A stretch of 30,037 nucleotides of DNA from a virus (Duplodnaviria > Caudoviricetes). Shown here in pieces: positions 8,206 to 16,710 of the stretch; the stretch's first letter is position 1; every line of letters starts with the position of its first letter. Under the pieces are notes generated by a model, which saw only the letters and a program-made list of their open reading frames with translations, was not told the DNA's origin and ran no database searches. A program made the translations under genes and the position numbers. The DNA is taken from positions 1 through 30,037 of IMG/VR virus record IMGVR_UViG_3300021560_000057; one strand, given 5' to 3'.

Positions 8206-10819
8206 CGGTGAGGGCTACGGCCAGAGTGGCCGCGGCGCCCGGGCGATTGAACGCTTAAAATCGCGGAACCGGCGTTGGAACTCCGGGTTTAACATGACCG
8301 GGGACAGCCCTGGTTCTTCCACGCTCTCGCAACTTAACCCGGCTAATATCCCGGATAAAAGCGATGAACCCCGGCGCAGACCGATCGAGAACGCCCAGCA
8401 AGCGATCAGTATCTTTCGCCGGTTCCAGATCAATAACCGCAAACGGATGGGGCGCAACAAGACCGTCGCGGACGCTTACAACGGCCAAACACCGTATCCG
8501 CAAGGCGAACTGGATGCTGCCGAACAAGGCTGGCGCAGTAATTTCTCGACTCTGTTTATGGCGAGTCTGGTTGACCGGGTGACCCCGCGCTTTGTCGACG
8601 CGATCCATTCGATGAAGTTTTTGACCGCGTCGAAACTGCCGGTCGAATACGGCAACTCGGACGATAAAACCACGTTGTTCCGGGACCGGATTACGAAAAC
8701 GATCCGGGAATGGAGCGGCTGGGCCGATTTCGTGGTCCGGGTTGCGACCGAGAACGTGCTCTACGGTTATACGGCGGGGGTGTTCATGGACGAGCTCAAC
8801 TGGCGTCCGCGCACATTTGAAGAAGAGAAACTTTTCTTTGATGATAATAGCCCCCAGCATGCGCTGCAGCTGCCCATTTTCGCGGTGAAAGTCGATTATT
8901 ACATTCACGAGCTAACCGAGATTTTGCGGGATGAAGAGGTAGCCAGCGATGCCGGCTTTGAGATCGACAATATCCGGCGGGCGATCAACGGGGCCATGCC
9001 GCCCAAGGAAGACATGTACTCTAACCCACGCCAGCTCTCTGACATGGTCCGGGAAGGTAACATGTACCTCTCTTACCATCGCCAGAGCCGGATGATCCAG
9101 ACCGCGCATCTGTTCGTGATGAACTACGAAGCCGAAGGCGTAGACCACTGGTGGGTTAACATCAAAGCGCTCAATTGGAATGACGGGGTCATTGATGACA
9201 GTCAGGTTAATGTCCAGGTAGGCGATGACGAGAATAACCCGGCCTTGCTCTTCTACGGCGAGAACGTGGCCCGCAAAATGACCGATTGCATCACACTGTT
9301 CAGTTTCCAGGCCGGCAACACCAAAATTTTCGGGTCCAAAGGGTTAGGGCGTTTGTTAGTCAACTTAGATATCGCCATCAACAGAGCCAGGATGTGCTTC
9401 ATTGATTCGATCTATCAACAGGGCCTGATCCTGGCGCAAGCCGATGAAAAGGATATCCCTTATCTCGCCCCGAAAGTCGCCTATCCGTTCATGTGGGTAC
9501 CAAAGGCAGCGGATATTAGCAAAACGGCGTTTGAAGCTAATGCAGAAGCGTTCCTATCTTTGGATAACAAACTAACCGCTATCAGCGAAATCATAGCCGG
9601 CGCGTTTATTCCGGGCCAGATTACTATCCAGGGGTCCCCGGAACAGACCGCGACCGAAGTTAACATTGACGCCCAGCGCGAGAACGAGATCAAACAAGGC
9701 ATACTGAATAGGTGGTGGACCCAGATGACCGAGTGCGTCGGCGCGATCCAGCGCCGGATCTGCAGTGTGGACAATATCCGGGCCGCGATCGAGTACGTCG
9801 CGGCGCGTGACGGGGCCCAGTCTGCCGGGCGGCGGCTGGTGACCCAGCGCAATTTTGAGATGTTAACCGCGATTGACCCGCATAACAGTGACAGTTACGA
9901 AGCCGCGCCGAATTTGGGCGCCGCGGACTTTGACGCGGTCCATTGCATAGTCGGGATGATGGACTCGGGGCTCAGCCCTGACGAGATCCTCTTTTGCAGC
10001 CAGTCCAGTGCCAGCGATTTCAGTCAGGATGTCGGCGTGTTACGCGACCAAGCCCTGATGCAATACGCCATGGTGGCCCGGGGCGACCCAGATATCGACC
10101 AGTACAAGTTAAAGGAGATGTGCACCATCGCGCAGCTGGGCCCAGAGCGGGCCAAAGAACTCCTTATCCCCGAACAACAGAACACGAGCTCGCTCGAACA
10201 AAGCCGGCAACAACTGATCGAGTTTAGCGCCATGCTGGAAGGCGAACCGATCGTGGTCAGCCCGCGGGACGCGCATCTGGTCCATTTCCGGGCTCTGCAA
10301 GCCCGGGTGTTCCCGATGTTAAACCAGATGGCGGCCATGCAACCGGCAAGCGCCGTCCCAAGCCAGATGATGAACTCGGTCACGATGGCGGTTCAGCACG
10401 GTGAAGCGCACCTGGACATGCTCTTGCAGAGTAAAGCGGTTAAACAAAAGGATATCGCCCCGGAGATCGAAGCTTTAAAACAAGCGCAGAAAATTCTGGC
10501 CGGGATCGTCCAGCAAACCCAGGCCGAACAAGCCCAGGCCCAGGCCCAGCAACAAGCGGCGCAGGAAGCCCAGGTCAGTAACATCATTACCCAGGTCACC
10601 CAGAACATGCGCGCTGCCGGGGTGCACCCGGCTAAAGATCGCCCTGGGGCGATCCTGGAAGCGGCGCTGGGGGGCGCTTACCCGATGGCACCGCCGCAAC
10701 CGGGCACGAGCGCCGCTGGCCCTTTACCCAACCAGCCGCCCTTGGCCACCATGGCCGCCGGCGGTAACCCGCCTCAGTTCCCGAGCCCGTTTGGCGCACC
10801 GCCGCCAGGAGCCGCATGA
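8195..10819 (+). CDS. Probable portal protein, podovirus type (874 aa)
   Basis: Size; position before Bbp19-like, scaffold and capsid genes; YNGQTPY, LYGY, GSKGLG and QTATEV motifs; Gln/Pro-rich C-terminus reminiscent of P22-like portals. Confidence 0.8.
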   Translation: MALNGEGYGQSGRGARAIERLKSRNRRWNSGFNMTGDSPGSSTLSQLNPANIPDKSDEPRRRPIENAQQAISIFRRFQINNRKRMGRNKTVADAYNGQTPYPQGELDAAEQGWRSNFSTLFMASLVDRVTPRFVDAIHSMKFLTASKLPVEYGNSDDKTTLFRDRITKTIREWSGWADFVVRVATENVLYGYTAGVFMDELNWRPRTFEEEKLFFDDNSPQHALQLPIFAVKVDYYIHELTEILRDEEVASDAGFEIDNIRRAINGAMPPKEDMYSNPRQLSDMVREGNMYLSYHRQSRMIQTAHLFVMNYEAEGVDHWWVNIKALNWNDGVIDDSQVNVQVGDDENNPALLFYGENVARKMTDCITLFSFQAGNTKIFGSKGLGRLLVNLDIAINRARMCFIDSIYQQGLILAQADEKDIPYLAPKVAYPFMWVPKAADISKTAFEANAEAFLSLDNKLTAISEIIAGAFIPGQITIQGSPEQTATEVNIDAQRENEIKQGILNRWWTQMTECVGAIQRRICSVDNIRAAIEYVAARDGAQSAGRRLVTQRNFEMLTAIDPHNSDSYEAAPNLGAADFDAVHCIVGMMDSGLSPDEILFCSQSSASDFSQDVGVLRDQALMQYAMVARGDPDIDQYKLKEMCTIAQLGPERAKELLIPEQQNTSSLEQSRQQLIEFSAMLEGEPIVVSPRDAHLVHFRALQARVFPMLNQMAAMQPASAVPSQMMNSVTMAVQHGEAHLDMLLQSKAVKQKDIAPEIEALKQAQKILAGIVQQTQAEQAQAQAQQQAAQEAQVSNIITQVTQNMRAAGVHPAKDRPGAILEAALGGAYPMAPPQPGTSAAGPLPNQPPLATMAAGGNPPQFPSPFGAPPPGAA

Positions 10820-11199
10820 AAGCGCCGGCCATCATCGCGCTGCTTGTCTTTTTTAGTCCGGCGGAAAGCTGGGCCGCACCGCCGCCCGGGCACGGGCACG
10901 GGCGAGGGCATCCTAGTCCTACGCCCAGCCCGACGCCGATCCCGACCCCGGCGCCCCAGGTCACCCTGGCCTGGACCCAGGACCCGGCTACCGGCAACCC
11001 GGATACGGACGCTGCCGGCTATTATCTCAAGCTCGGGTTTAGCCCGGGCGCAGAAACCGCCACGATCGATGTAGGTAATGTCGGGGTCTGGACCCTGGCC
11101 GTAACCAGCGGGGCCACCTATTACTTCGTCGTGACCGCCTACAACGCCGCTCGGCTGGAAAGCCCGCCTTCAAACGAGATCAGTTATACCGCGCCTTAG
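10816..11199 (+). CDS. Secreted fibronectin type III domain protein (127 aa)
   Basis: Signal peptide MKAPAIIALLVFFSPAESWA; Pro-Thr linker; Fn3 signature VTLAW..AGY..IDVGN..YYFVVTAYN..ES.PSNE. Confidence 0.85.
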   Translation: MKAPAIIALLVFFSPAESWAAPPPGHGHGRGHPSPTPSPTPIPTPAPQVTLAWTQDPATGNPDTDAAGYYLKLGFSPGAETATIDVGNVGVWTLAVTSGATYYFVVTAYNAARLESPPSNEISYTAP

Positions 11200-11257
11200 G
11201 CGCATGGAGTACGTAATATTAAGAACACATGATAATCCTGTATGGGAGATAATCGAT

Positions 11258-11512
11258 ATGACCACTGAACCGATGAGCCCGGCTGAACGCGCGTATATGC
11301 GCGAAGTGTTCGGGACCAGTGCCGGCATAAAATTCTTGAGCCAGTTAATGGCGATGAAACCGCGGCTGGTAGCCCAGGGCACTCTGGAAGAAACCGCCAT
11401 GGCGGCTAAGGCCTTAAGCGGCTACGAGCAGGCGATTGGCAATATGAGCACGCTCTTGTACGAGAGCCCCAAAGCGCCTGAACTTAAAAGTGTAGATGTC
11501 AGAACCGATTAA
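11258..11512 (+). CDS. Bbp19-like small protein following portal (~84 aa)
   Basis: GGGAG upstream of ATG 11258 (track start 11204); motif YMREVFGTSAGIKFLSQL; typical position between portal and scaffold. Confidence 0.55.
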   Translation: MTTEPMSPAERAYMREVFGTSAGIKFLSQLMAMKPRLVAQGTLEETAMAAKALSGYEQAIGNMSTLLYESPKAPELKSVDVRTD

Positions 11513-11515
11513 ATC

Positions 11516-12946
11516 ATGGCTAACGAACATATCGAAGAGCAATCGACCAGTATCGATCACAAGCTCGAAGCGACCGATGCTAACAATCTGGCCGAGTTAC
11601 ACAAAGCCTTTGACGCCAGTTTTCCGCGTGAGGGCGAACCGACCTCTGAACCCAAGGGCCCGGCTAAAAAGCCCGAGCCCGGCTCAGGGCGCAGAGAGCC
11701 TGAACCCTCTAAGAGCGGCCATCACGCCCCGGTCCAGGTCGAAAAAGAACCCGAATCACCCCAGGGCCCCGACAAAGAAGAGCTGAACCTGCTTGGGGTG
11801 CCTGAGCTCAAGGCCCGGCCCCGCAAAGCCAGAGCCGGCGCACCGGTTGTGGAGCCCGAGCCTGAACCTGAAATCCCCGAGCCGGAGGGTGAACCCAAGA
11901 AAGAAGAGGGGCCCAAGGAAGATGAGGCCGACCCGGAGGTGGACGCTGTCCGGGTAAAAGAAAACGCGCACCCGGCGGTTAAAGACGGTATCCAACGGCT
12001 TAAAACCATCGCGCACAACCGGCGCAAAGAAAACCGGGACCTGATCCGGCGCAACCAAGCGTTGGCGACCGAGGTAACCGAACTCAAACGCAGCGGGGTC
12101 AGCCCGGAGATCCAGGCTGAACTGACCAAGTTGCGCGCAACCAGCCAGCGCTTTGATCTTTTGAATGACGCCGGCTTCAGAGCCAAGTACGAGGATCCGA
12201 TTGCGCAAAAAGGCGACCAGCTTTGCCAGTATGTCGTCGAGCTCTCCGGCGGGAGCGAAGCGATGAAAGACTGGGCGCGCCAAACCAAGGAATTCGGTTA
12301 CGGCAATATCCGGCCCGCGTACTGGGATAACGAGGTCCTAGACAAGATCCCCAGTGAAACCGAACGCAACCGGGTCGCGCGCATGGCCGCGGAACTGACC
12401 CAGTTAAGCGATGAACGTAACCGGGTGGTAAACGAGTTTGTGTCCAACCCGGATAAGGTGACCGAATACCAGCAAGCTAAAAGCCTGGAATGGTGGACTA
12501 ATTACACCAGGGAAGCCAAGGAAGAAAGCGATCTTCTGATCAGCCAGATCGGGGACTGGGCGAAAATCAAGGATCTGGCGAATGCCAAAAGCGACGAACA
12601 AAAAGCCGACTGGGAAGAACACAATAAACGCTGCGAAGGTTATCAGACGCTCTTTGAAAAGACCATGGGCGACATCATTAACGGCGGCGCCCGCAAACAT
12701 GTCCGGATCGCGGCTATGGCCATTTACGGCATGGATCAATCCCGGGAAAACAAAGAGTTGCGCGAAGATTGCCGGGATCTGGAGACCGAGAACCGGCAGC
12801 TCAAAGGCCAGATTGCCAAGCTGAGCCGGAGCCGGTCGATCCCGGGTACGCGCGGAGGCGGAATTGAAGTTAAAGCTGAGAAAGGTCTTTCGACTAAATC
12901 CGCCGAAGCAGCGTTGAAAGAATTCTGGAGCAGCCAAGGCTCATGA
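11516..12946 (+). CDS. Probable capsid scaffolding protein (476 aa)
   Basis: Acidic disordered Glu/Pro-rich N-terminus, long coiled coils, short C-terminal helix; lies between portal and capsid genes. Confidence 0.7.
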   Translation: MANEHIEEQSTSIDHKLEATDANNLAELHKAFDASFPREGEPTSEPKGPAKKPEPGSGRREPEPSKSGHHAPVQVEKEPESPQGPDKEELNLLGVPELKARPRKARAGAPVVEPEPEPEIPEPEGEPKKEEGPKEDEADPEVDAVRVKENAHPAVKDGIQRLKTIAHNRRKENRDLIRRNQALATEVTELKRSGVSPEIQAELTKLRATSQRFDLLNDAGFRAKYEDPIAQKGDQLCQYVVELSGGSEAMKDWARQTKEFGYGNIRPAYWDNEVLDKIPSETERNRVARMAAELTQLSDERNRVVNEFVSNPDKVTEYQQAKSLEWWTNYTREAKEESDLLISQIGDWAKIKDLANAKSDEQKADWEEHNKRCEGYQTLFEKTMGDIINGGARKHVRIAAMAIYGMDQSRENKELREDCRDLETENRQLKGQIAKLSRSRSIPGTRGGGIEVKAEKGLSTKSAEAALKEFWSSQGS

Positions 12947-13203
12947 AAATTCGTTATTCACCGGAGCTAGAAGCGTACCTAAAACGCGAAAAACAGGGGG
13001 ACAAAAATCGCGCGGATTTGTCCGCTGCGATTGACGTAAAAGTGGTGCACAAATTGCTGGCGGTCGGCGTCAGCGCCCGAGCGATCGCAACGCATTTAGG
13101 AATCGAGCTATCAGTCGTGCGCCGTATAGTGCGCGACTGGAAGCGCACGGTATTGCCGGGCATTTTAGCCGGAACGCGCCAAAGCTGGGGAATGTTCCTC
13201 TGA
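12943..13203 (+). CDS. Helix-turn-helix DNA-binding protein (86 aa)
   Basis: LLAVGVSARAIATHLGIELSVVRRIV matches the HTH pattern; ATGA-coupled. Confidence 0.75.
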   Translation: MKIRYSPELEAYLKREKQGDKNRADLSAAIDVKVVHKLLAVGVSARAIATHLGIELSVVRRIVRDWKRTVLPGILAGTRQSWGMFL

Positions 13204-13217
13204 GGAACAGAAAATTT

Positions 13218-14447
13218 ATGAGCTTCGACGAGGAGAACTTCCAACAATATATTATCGCTGCCGGGGTCGAGCTGGCCGCGCCGACCTATGGGACTAGTGT
13301 GCTGGCCCTGAAAAGCTGGATGCGGGGCGAGACAGAGTGTCCACCTGAGGCACTGGCCCGCTGGATCGCGGCACCCCGGCAACCGCCCGGTAAAGGCGAG
13401 CTGGAAGCCCATATCGCCGCGATGAGCCCGCTTGGGCCGCCGGCCCCGGCCCCGATGCAGGTCAGCGCCTTAAGCGCGCGCGTACTGGCTGATCCGGCGA
13501 TTCAGGCCCGGCTTAAAGCCGACCGGGCAAGCCCGGCAGCCGAACCCGAGAGCCCCGGACCGGAGCGCAGTTTAGGCGAATTGTTCGGCCTGAGCCCGCA
13601 ACCGGTCCAGGAACCACGGGAACCGGAGAACGAAGTAGTGGTCCATCCCGAGCCTGCCACCAACGGTGAAGGGCCGGCCTTTGTGATTGACGAGGCGGCT
13701 GGCCGGTACTCGATTTACCCGGCCAGGATCAAGACCAGCGTTTCGGTCCTGATGCCGACTATCCGCGATATTCCGCCGGCGATCTATTTTGGGCACATTG
13801 TGTTTTTCCGCAAGTACGAGCTCGGCCTGGAAATGCAGACCGACACGTTGCTGGTGAGAGCCAGGAACCTCGTCGCGCGCAGGTTCCTGGCTTCTAAAGC
13901 CCAATGGAGCTGGTGGCTGGACAGCGACATCTTGCCGCCGGTCGGGAACGCCGATTGGTTCAAAAAGAAAACCCGGACCGAAACGTTGGGCGCGACCCAA
14001 AGCGGTTACGACGCCCTGGAACGGCTCTTAAGCCATAATTATCCGATTGTCGGGGCGGTCTACGCGGCCCGGACCGCGCACGCCCAGATGATCATCCAAC
14101 CCGATATCGATCCGCGCTCACGCGACGACCCTATAACCGCGGACAAAATCCGTAAAGGACTACTCCATGGACTCATCAATGTGGAATGGCTCGGACTGGG
14201 GTGCACACTCATCCATCGCCGAGTATTTGAGGCAATTGCAAAACAGAGCGCCCCGGACCCAGACCGACGAGCGGGGGAACTGGACTTTTTTCATACCGAA
14301 GGAAGCAAAGGGGAAGACGTGGGTTTCTGTGAACGGGCAACCCTTGCCGGGTTTAAACCGAAACTTGATTGCGACCTCGTCGTCGGCCACCTCGGACGGC
14401 ACTGTTTCCTCCCAGAACACACCAGAGGTATCCAAGCCCGGAAATGA
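13218..14447 (+). CDS. GT2-like (GT-A fold) glycosyltransferase with N-terminal extension (409 aa)
   Basis: ARN..A..FL, WLDSDI (DxD), GLGCTLIHRRVFE, GEDVGFC, VGH motifs; GAGGA RBS. Confidence 0.85.
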   Translation: MSFDEENFQQYIIAAGVELAAPTYGTSVLALKSWMRGETECPPEALARWIAAPRQPPGKGELEAHIAAMSPLGPPAPAPMQVSALSARVLADPAIQARLKADRASPAAEPESPGPERSLGELFGLSPQPVQEPREPENEVVVHPEPATNGEGPAFVIDEAAGRYSIYPARIKTSVSVLMPTIRDIPPAIYFGHIVFFRKYELGLEMQTDTLLVRARNLVARRFLASKAQWSWWLDSDILPPVGNADWFKKKTRTETLGATQSGYDALERLLSHNYPIVGAVYAARTAHAQMIIQPDIDPRSRDDPITADKIRKGLLHGLINVEWLGLGCTLIHRRVFEAIAKQSAPDPDRRAGELDFFHTEGSKGEDVGFCERATLAGFKPKLDCDLVVGHLGRHCFLPEHTRGIQARK

Positions 14448-14454
14448 TGAATGA
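14167..14454 (+). CDS. Candidate overprinted gene in +1 frame of the glycosyltransferase (95 aa)
   Basis: TAAAGGA 7 nt before ATG; stop overlaps ATG 14451; host-frame codon usage turns atypical over this interval. Confidence 0.5.
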   Translation: MDSSMWNGSDWGAHSSIAEYLRQLQNRAPRTQTDERGNWTFFIPKEAKGKTWVSVNGQPLPGLNRNLIATSSSATSDGTVSSQNTPEVSKPGNDE

Positions 14455-14831
14455 GGTTCTTTGTCCTGCAATGGCTGATCAAAGGCCAGCTCCTCATGAT
14501 AGTGATTGTGGCTTATCAGCTTTATCTGGCGATCTCGACCGAGATGCTGGACGAAACCTTAAAACAGGTCGAACGCGTCTCCAGCTGGCCGGTGCAAGCC
14601 TTGAACGTCGGCCTTTTCGTCCTGGTCTTAGCTATCTGTTGGCTCTATCTGCAGAGCACCCGCAAAGATCTCCAGAAATTGCAAAAGACCAACGAAGATG
14701 AGCGACGAGAATATATCGAGGCTCTTAGGACACTGGTCAGCGACACTGCCAAAGTCGTTGAGAGGAACAACGCCATCTTTGAACGAGTCGAGCGCCGGCT
14801 CAGCCGAAACGGTCAGCCCAAAGACGGTTAA
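14451..14831 (+). CDS. Putative holin-like membrane protein (126 aa; alternative start 14544)
   Basis: Hydrophobic segments, then charged helix (GLFVLVLAICWLYLQ..NEDERREYIEAL) resembling BhlA-type holins; basic C-terminus. Confidence 0.55.
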   Translation: MRFFVLQWLIKGQLLMIVIVAYQLYLAISTEMLDETLKQVERVSSWPVQALNVGLFVLVLAICWLYLQSTRKDLQKLQKTNEDERREYIEALRTLVSDTAKVVERNNAIFERVERRLSRNGQPKDG

Positions 14832-15459
14832 ACGACGCCGGATCGGCCCCGACACGGTCAACGACCTGATTTTCTGGGGGATGCAGTTGGCCTTGGTCGC
14901 GATCAGTCTGGCCATTGTCTGGAGCCGATTAAACGCCACTAATCGGGCGATTGAAAACCTGTTCCGGGCTCAAGGCGAAGAACTGGTCTTGGTCCGGCAA
15001 CAGACCGAGGCAGCCCAGAAAAGCGCTAATATCCAGATGATTCAGGCCGAGGAAGCCCGGCAGGCTGAACATACGCGCTCGATCCAGTTCGGGGCCGCTA
15101 TGAACACATTGCAGAGCGTGCTGAAACATTCCGCTGAAATCCAGGCGGCAGTCGACGATACCCTGGCTAAAGCGACCCAGACCAATGATCTGGTACTGGC
15201 GGCCAGCCAACAGACCAAGGTAGCAGCCCAACAAGCGGCCAGTGCCGCCGGCGGGGCTGCGGGCGCAGCGTATCGGGCCGCGGCTGTGTCCCAGCGCACC
15301 GGTGCAGTAGTCGCGACCAAAGTGGTGACAACTAATGCCCGAGACCAGCTCAACGCCCAGAAAGCCGCCCTGGCCCGCAAACAAGCGCAGCTAGCCCGCA
15401 CCATCAAGCAGGTCAAAAAGAACGGCCCAACCATCTTTCAACGTCTCTTTAACCAGTAA
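14698..15459 (+). CDS. Single-pass membrane protein with long coiled coil, i-spanin-like (up to 253 aa)
   Basis: Basic patch KRRR, TM LIFWGMQLALVAISLAIVW, Ala/Gln-rich helix; start uncertain (134-nt overlap if 14698). Confidence 0.6.
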   Translation: MSDENISRLLGHWSATLPKSLRGTTPSLNESSAGSAETVSPKTVKRRRIGPDTVNDLIFWGMQLALVAISLAIVWSRLNATNRAIENLFRAQGEELVLVRQQTEAAQKSANIQMIQAEEARQAEHTRSIQFGAAMNTLQSVLKHSAEIQAAVDDTLAKATQTNDLVLAASQQTKVAAQQAASAAGGAAGAAYRAAAVSQRTGAVVATKVVTTNARDQLNAQKAALARKQAQLARTIKQVKKNGPTIFQRLFNQ

Positions 15460-15463
15460 GCCA

Positions 15464-15754
15464 ATGAGCGAACCCGAAAACGCGCCGATTAAACCGGAAC
15501 CGAAAAAAGAAGGGATCGCGGCTCTGGCCGACGCGTTCAAAGGCGCCGATCCAACCACTAAACTGATTCTGGTCGCGGTAGTATTCCTGGGCGGCGGCAA
15601 TTTCCTCCAAGGGCTTAACTCTAACCATGAACAACGCCGGGAAATCGAGACCGCGTTAAAGGAAATTCACGAGTTGCGCGCGGCCCTGGATCCGTTAAGC
15701 GCCCGGCAAGGCGAAATTTTGAACCTGCTCAAGGAACTCCAAAAACCTAAATGA
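15464..15754 (+). CDS. Small membrane protein with coiled coil (96 aa), possible lysis protein
   Basis: Hydrophobic LILVAVVFLGGGNFL followed by a heptad helix. Confidence 0.65.
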   Translation: MSEPENAPIKPEPKKEGIAALADAFKGADPTTKLILVAVVFLGGGNFLQGLNSNHEQRREIETALKEIHELRAALDPLSARQGEILNLLKELQKPK

Positions 15755-15858
15755 CTCTGGACAGTCCGCCACTAAAGCGGCAAGAAATAATCAAAGTGCG
15801 GTGAAAAAAAATTCGCGGCACTTCTCGAGCTAACCACTAGAAAGAAAACCCACCCATC

Positions 15859-16506
15859 ATGCCAGTCTTAGACGCAGTGTTTGTCGGCAAAGTCTATCTG
15901 CCCGAGATCGGCGGCGGCCCGATTGTACCGCCCGCGCAACCGGGTCAACCACCCGGCGTGGTCAGTCCACCCATCTATTATCCGCCGGTTATTTCAGGGC
16001 CACCCGGGCCGTGGCCAACCCCGCCTATCTACCTGCCACCCGCCGGGGGCGCTCAGCCGCCATTAGGGATCTGGGGACCGCCAGGGCCGTGGCCGACTCC
16101 GCCGATTGCTCCCGGTGGGCCGACGCCGACCCCGCCAATTTATTATCCGCCTGCCGGTCAGCCTCCCGGCATCTGGGGACCGACTGATCCCAGGCCGACG
16201 CCGCCGATTGCGCCCGGTGGTTCGCCACCAGTTATCTCAGGACCACCCGGCCCGTGGCCGACGCCACCGATCTATCTGCCGCCCGATATCATTCCCGGCC
16301 TGAAACCAGAACATCCGATTTACATTCCGCCCCCGAGCGCACCTGGGGTGCCCACCCATCCAATCGTCCTGCCTCCGCCCGAGTCAGGGGAGAAGCCCGA
16401 AATCTTGGAAAACTGGGATGCCAAGACCTATTGGTCAGCGGCGACCGGCTGGGGCGTGGCCATCGTGCCTAGCGCGGGCCATTCTGGTGTACCGACCCCG
16501 TCTTAA
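15859..16506 (+). CDS. Proline-rich repeat protein (215 aa)
   Basis: Repeated PPIY[YL]P, PPGPWPTPPI and GIWGP units; short Trp-rich C-terminal segment. Confidence 0.8.
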   Translation: MPVLDAVFVGKVYLPEIGGGPIVPPAQPGQPPGVVSPPIYYPPVISGPPGPWPTPPIYLPPAGGAQPPLGIWGPPGPWPTPPIAPGGPTPTPPIYYPPAGQPPGIWGPTDPRPTPPIAPGGSPPVISGPPGPWPTPPIYLPPDIIPGLKPEHPIYIPPPSAPGVPTHPIVLPPPESGEKPEILENWDAKTYWSAATGWGVAIVPSAGHSGVPTPS

Positions 16507-16512
16507 AAGCCA

Positions 16513-16710
16513 TTGAACGAAGCGTTCAGTATCGAAGAACTAATCGAGTGCGCCCGGCGCGAGCTGGGCGTACGCCGGCGGGTCTACCGGCGCATGGTGT
16601 TAAACGAAAAGATGCCCGGGACCCAGGCCGATCGCGAGATCGCGTTAATGGAAGCTATTGTGCAGAACCTGGAACGCCAGAAAGAACCAGAACTGGAGTT
16701 TAACTTATGA
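16513..16710 (+). CDS. Small helical phage hypothetical protein (65 aa)
   Basis: TTG start; IECARRELGVRRRVY..MV...KM....ADREIALMEAI; stop overlaps next ATG. Confidence 0.7.
   Translation: MNEAFSIEELIECARRELGVRRRVYRRMVLNEKMPGTQADREIALMEAIVQNLERQKEPELEFNL

Noticed and set aside
11226-11257. Fur-box-like GATAAT repeats
   Set aside because: Two GATAATC copies 17 bp apart do not match the Fur 19-bp inverted arrangement.
15859-16506. CRISPR-like or non-coding repeat array
   Set aside because: Repeats are degenerate at third codon positions, so conserved at the protein level.
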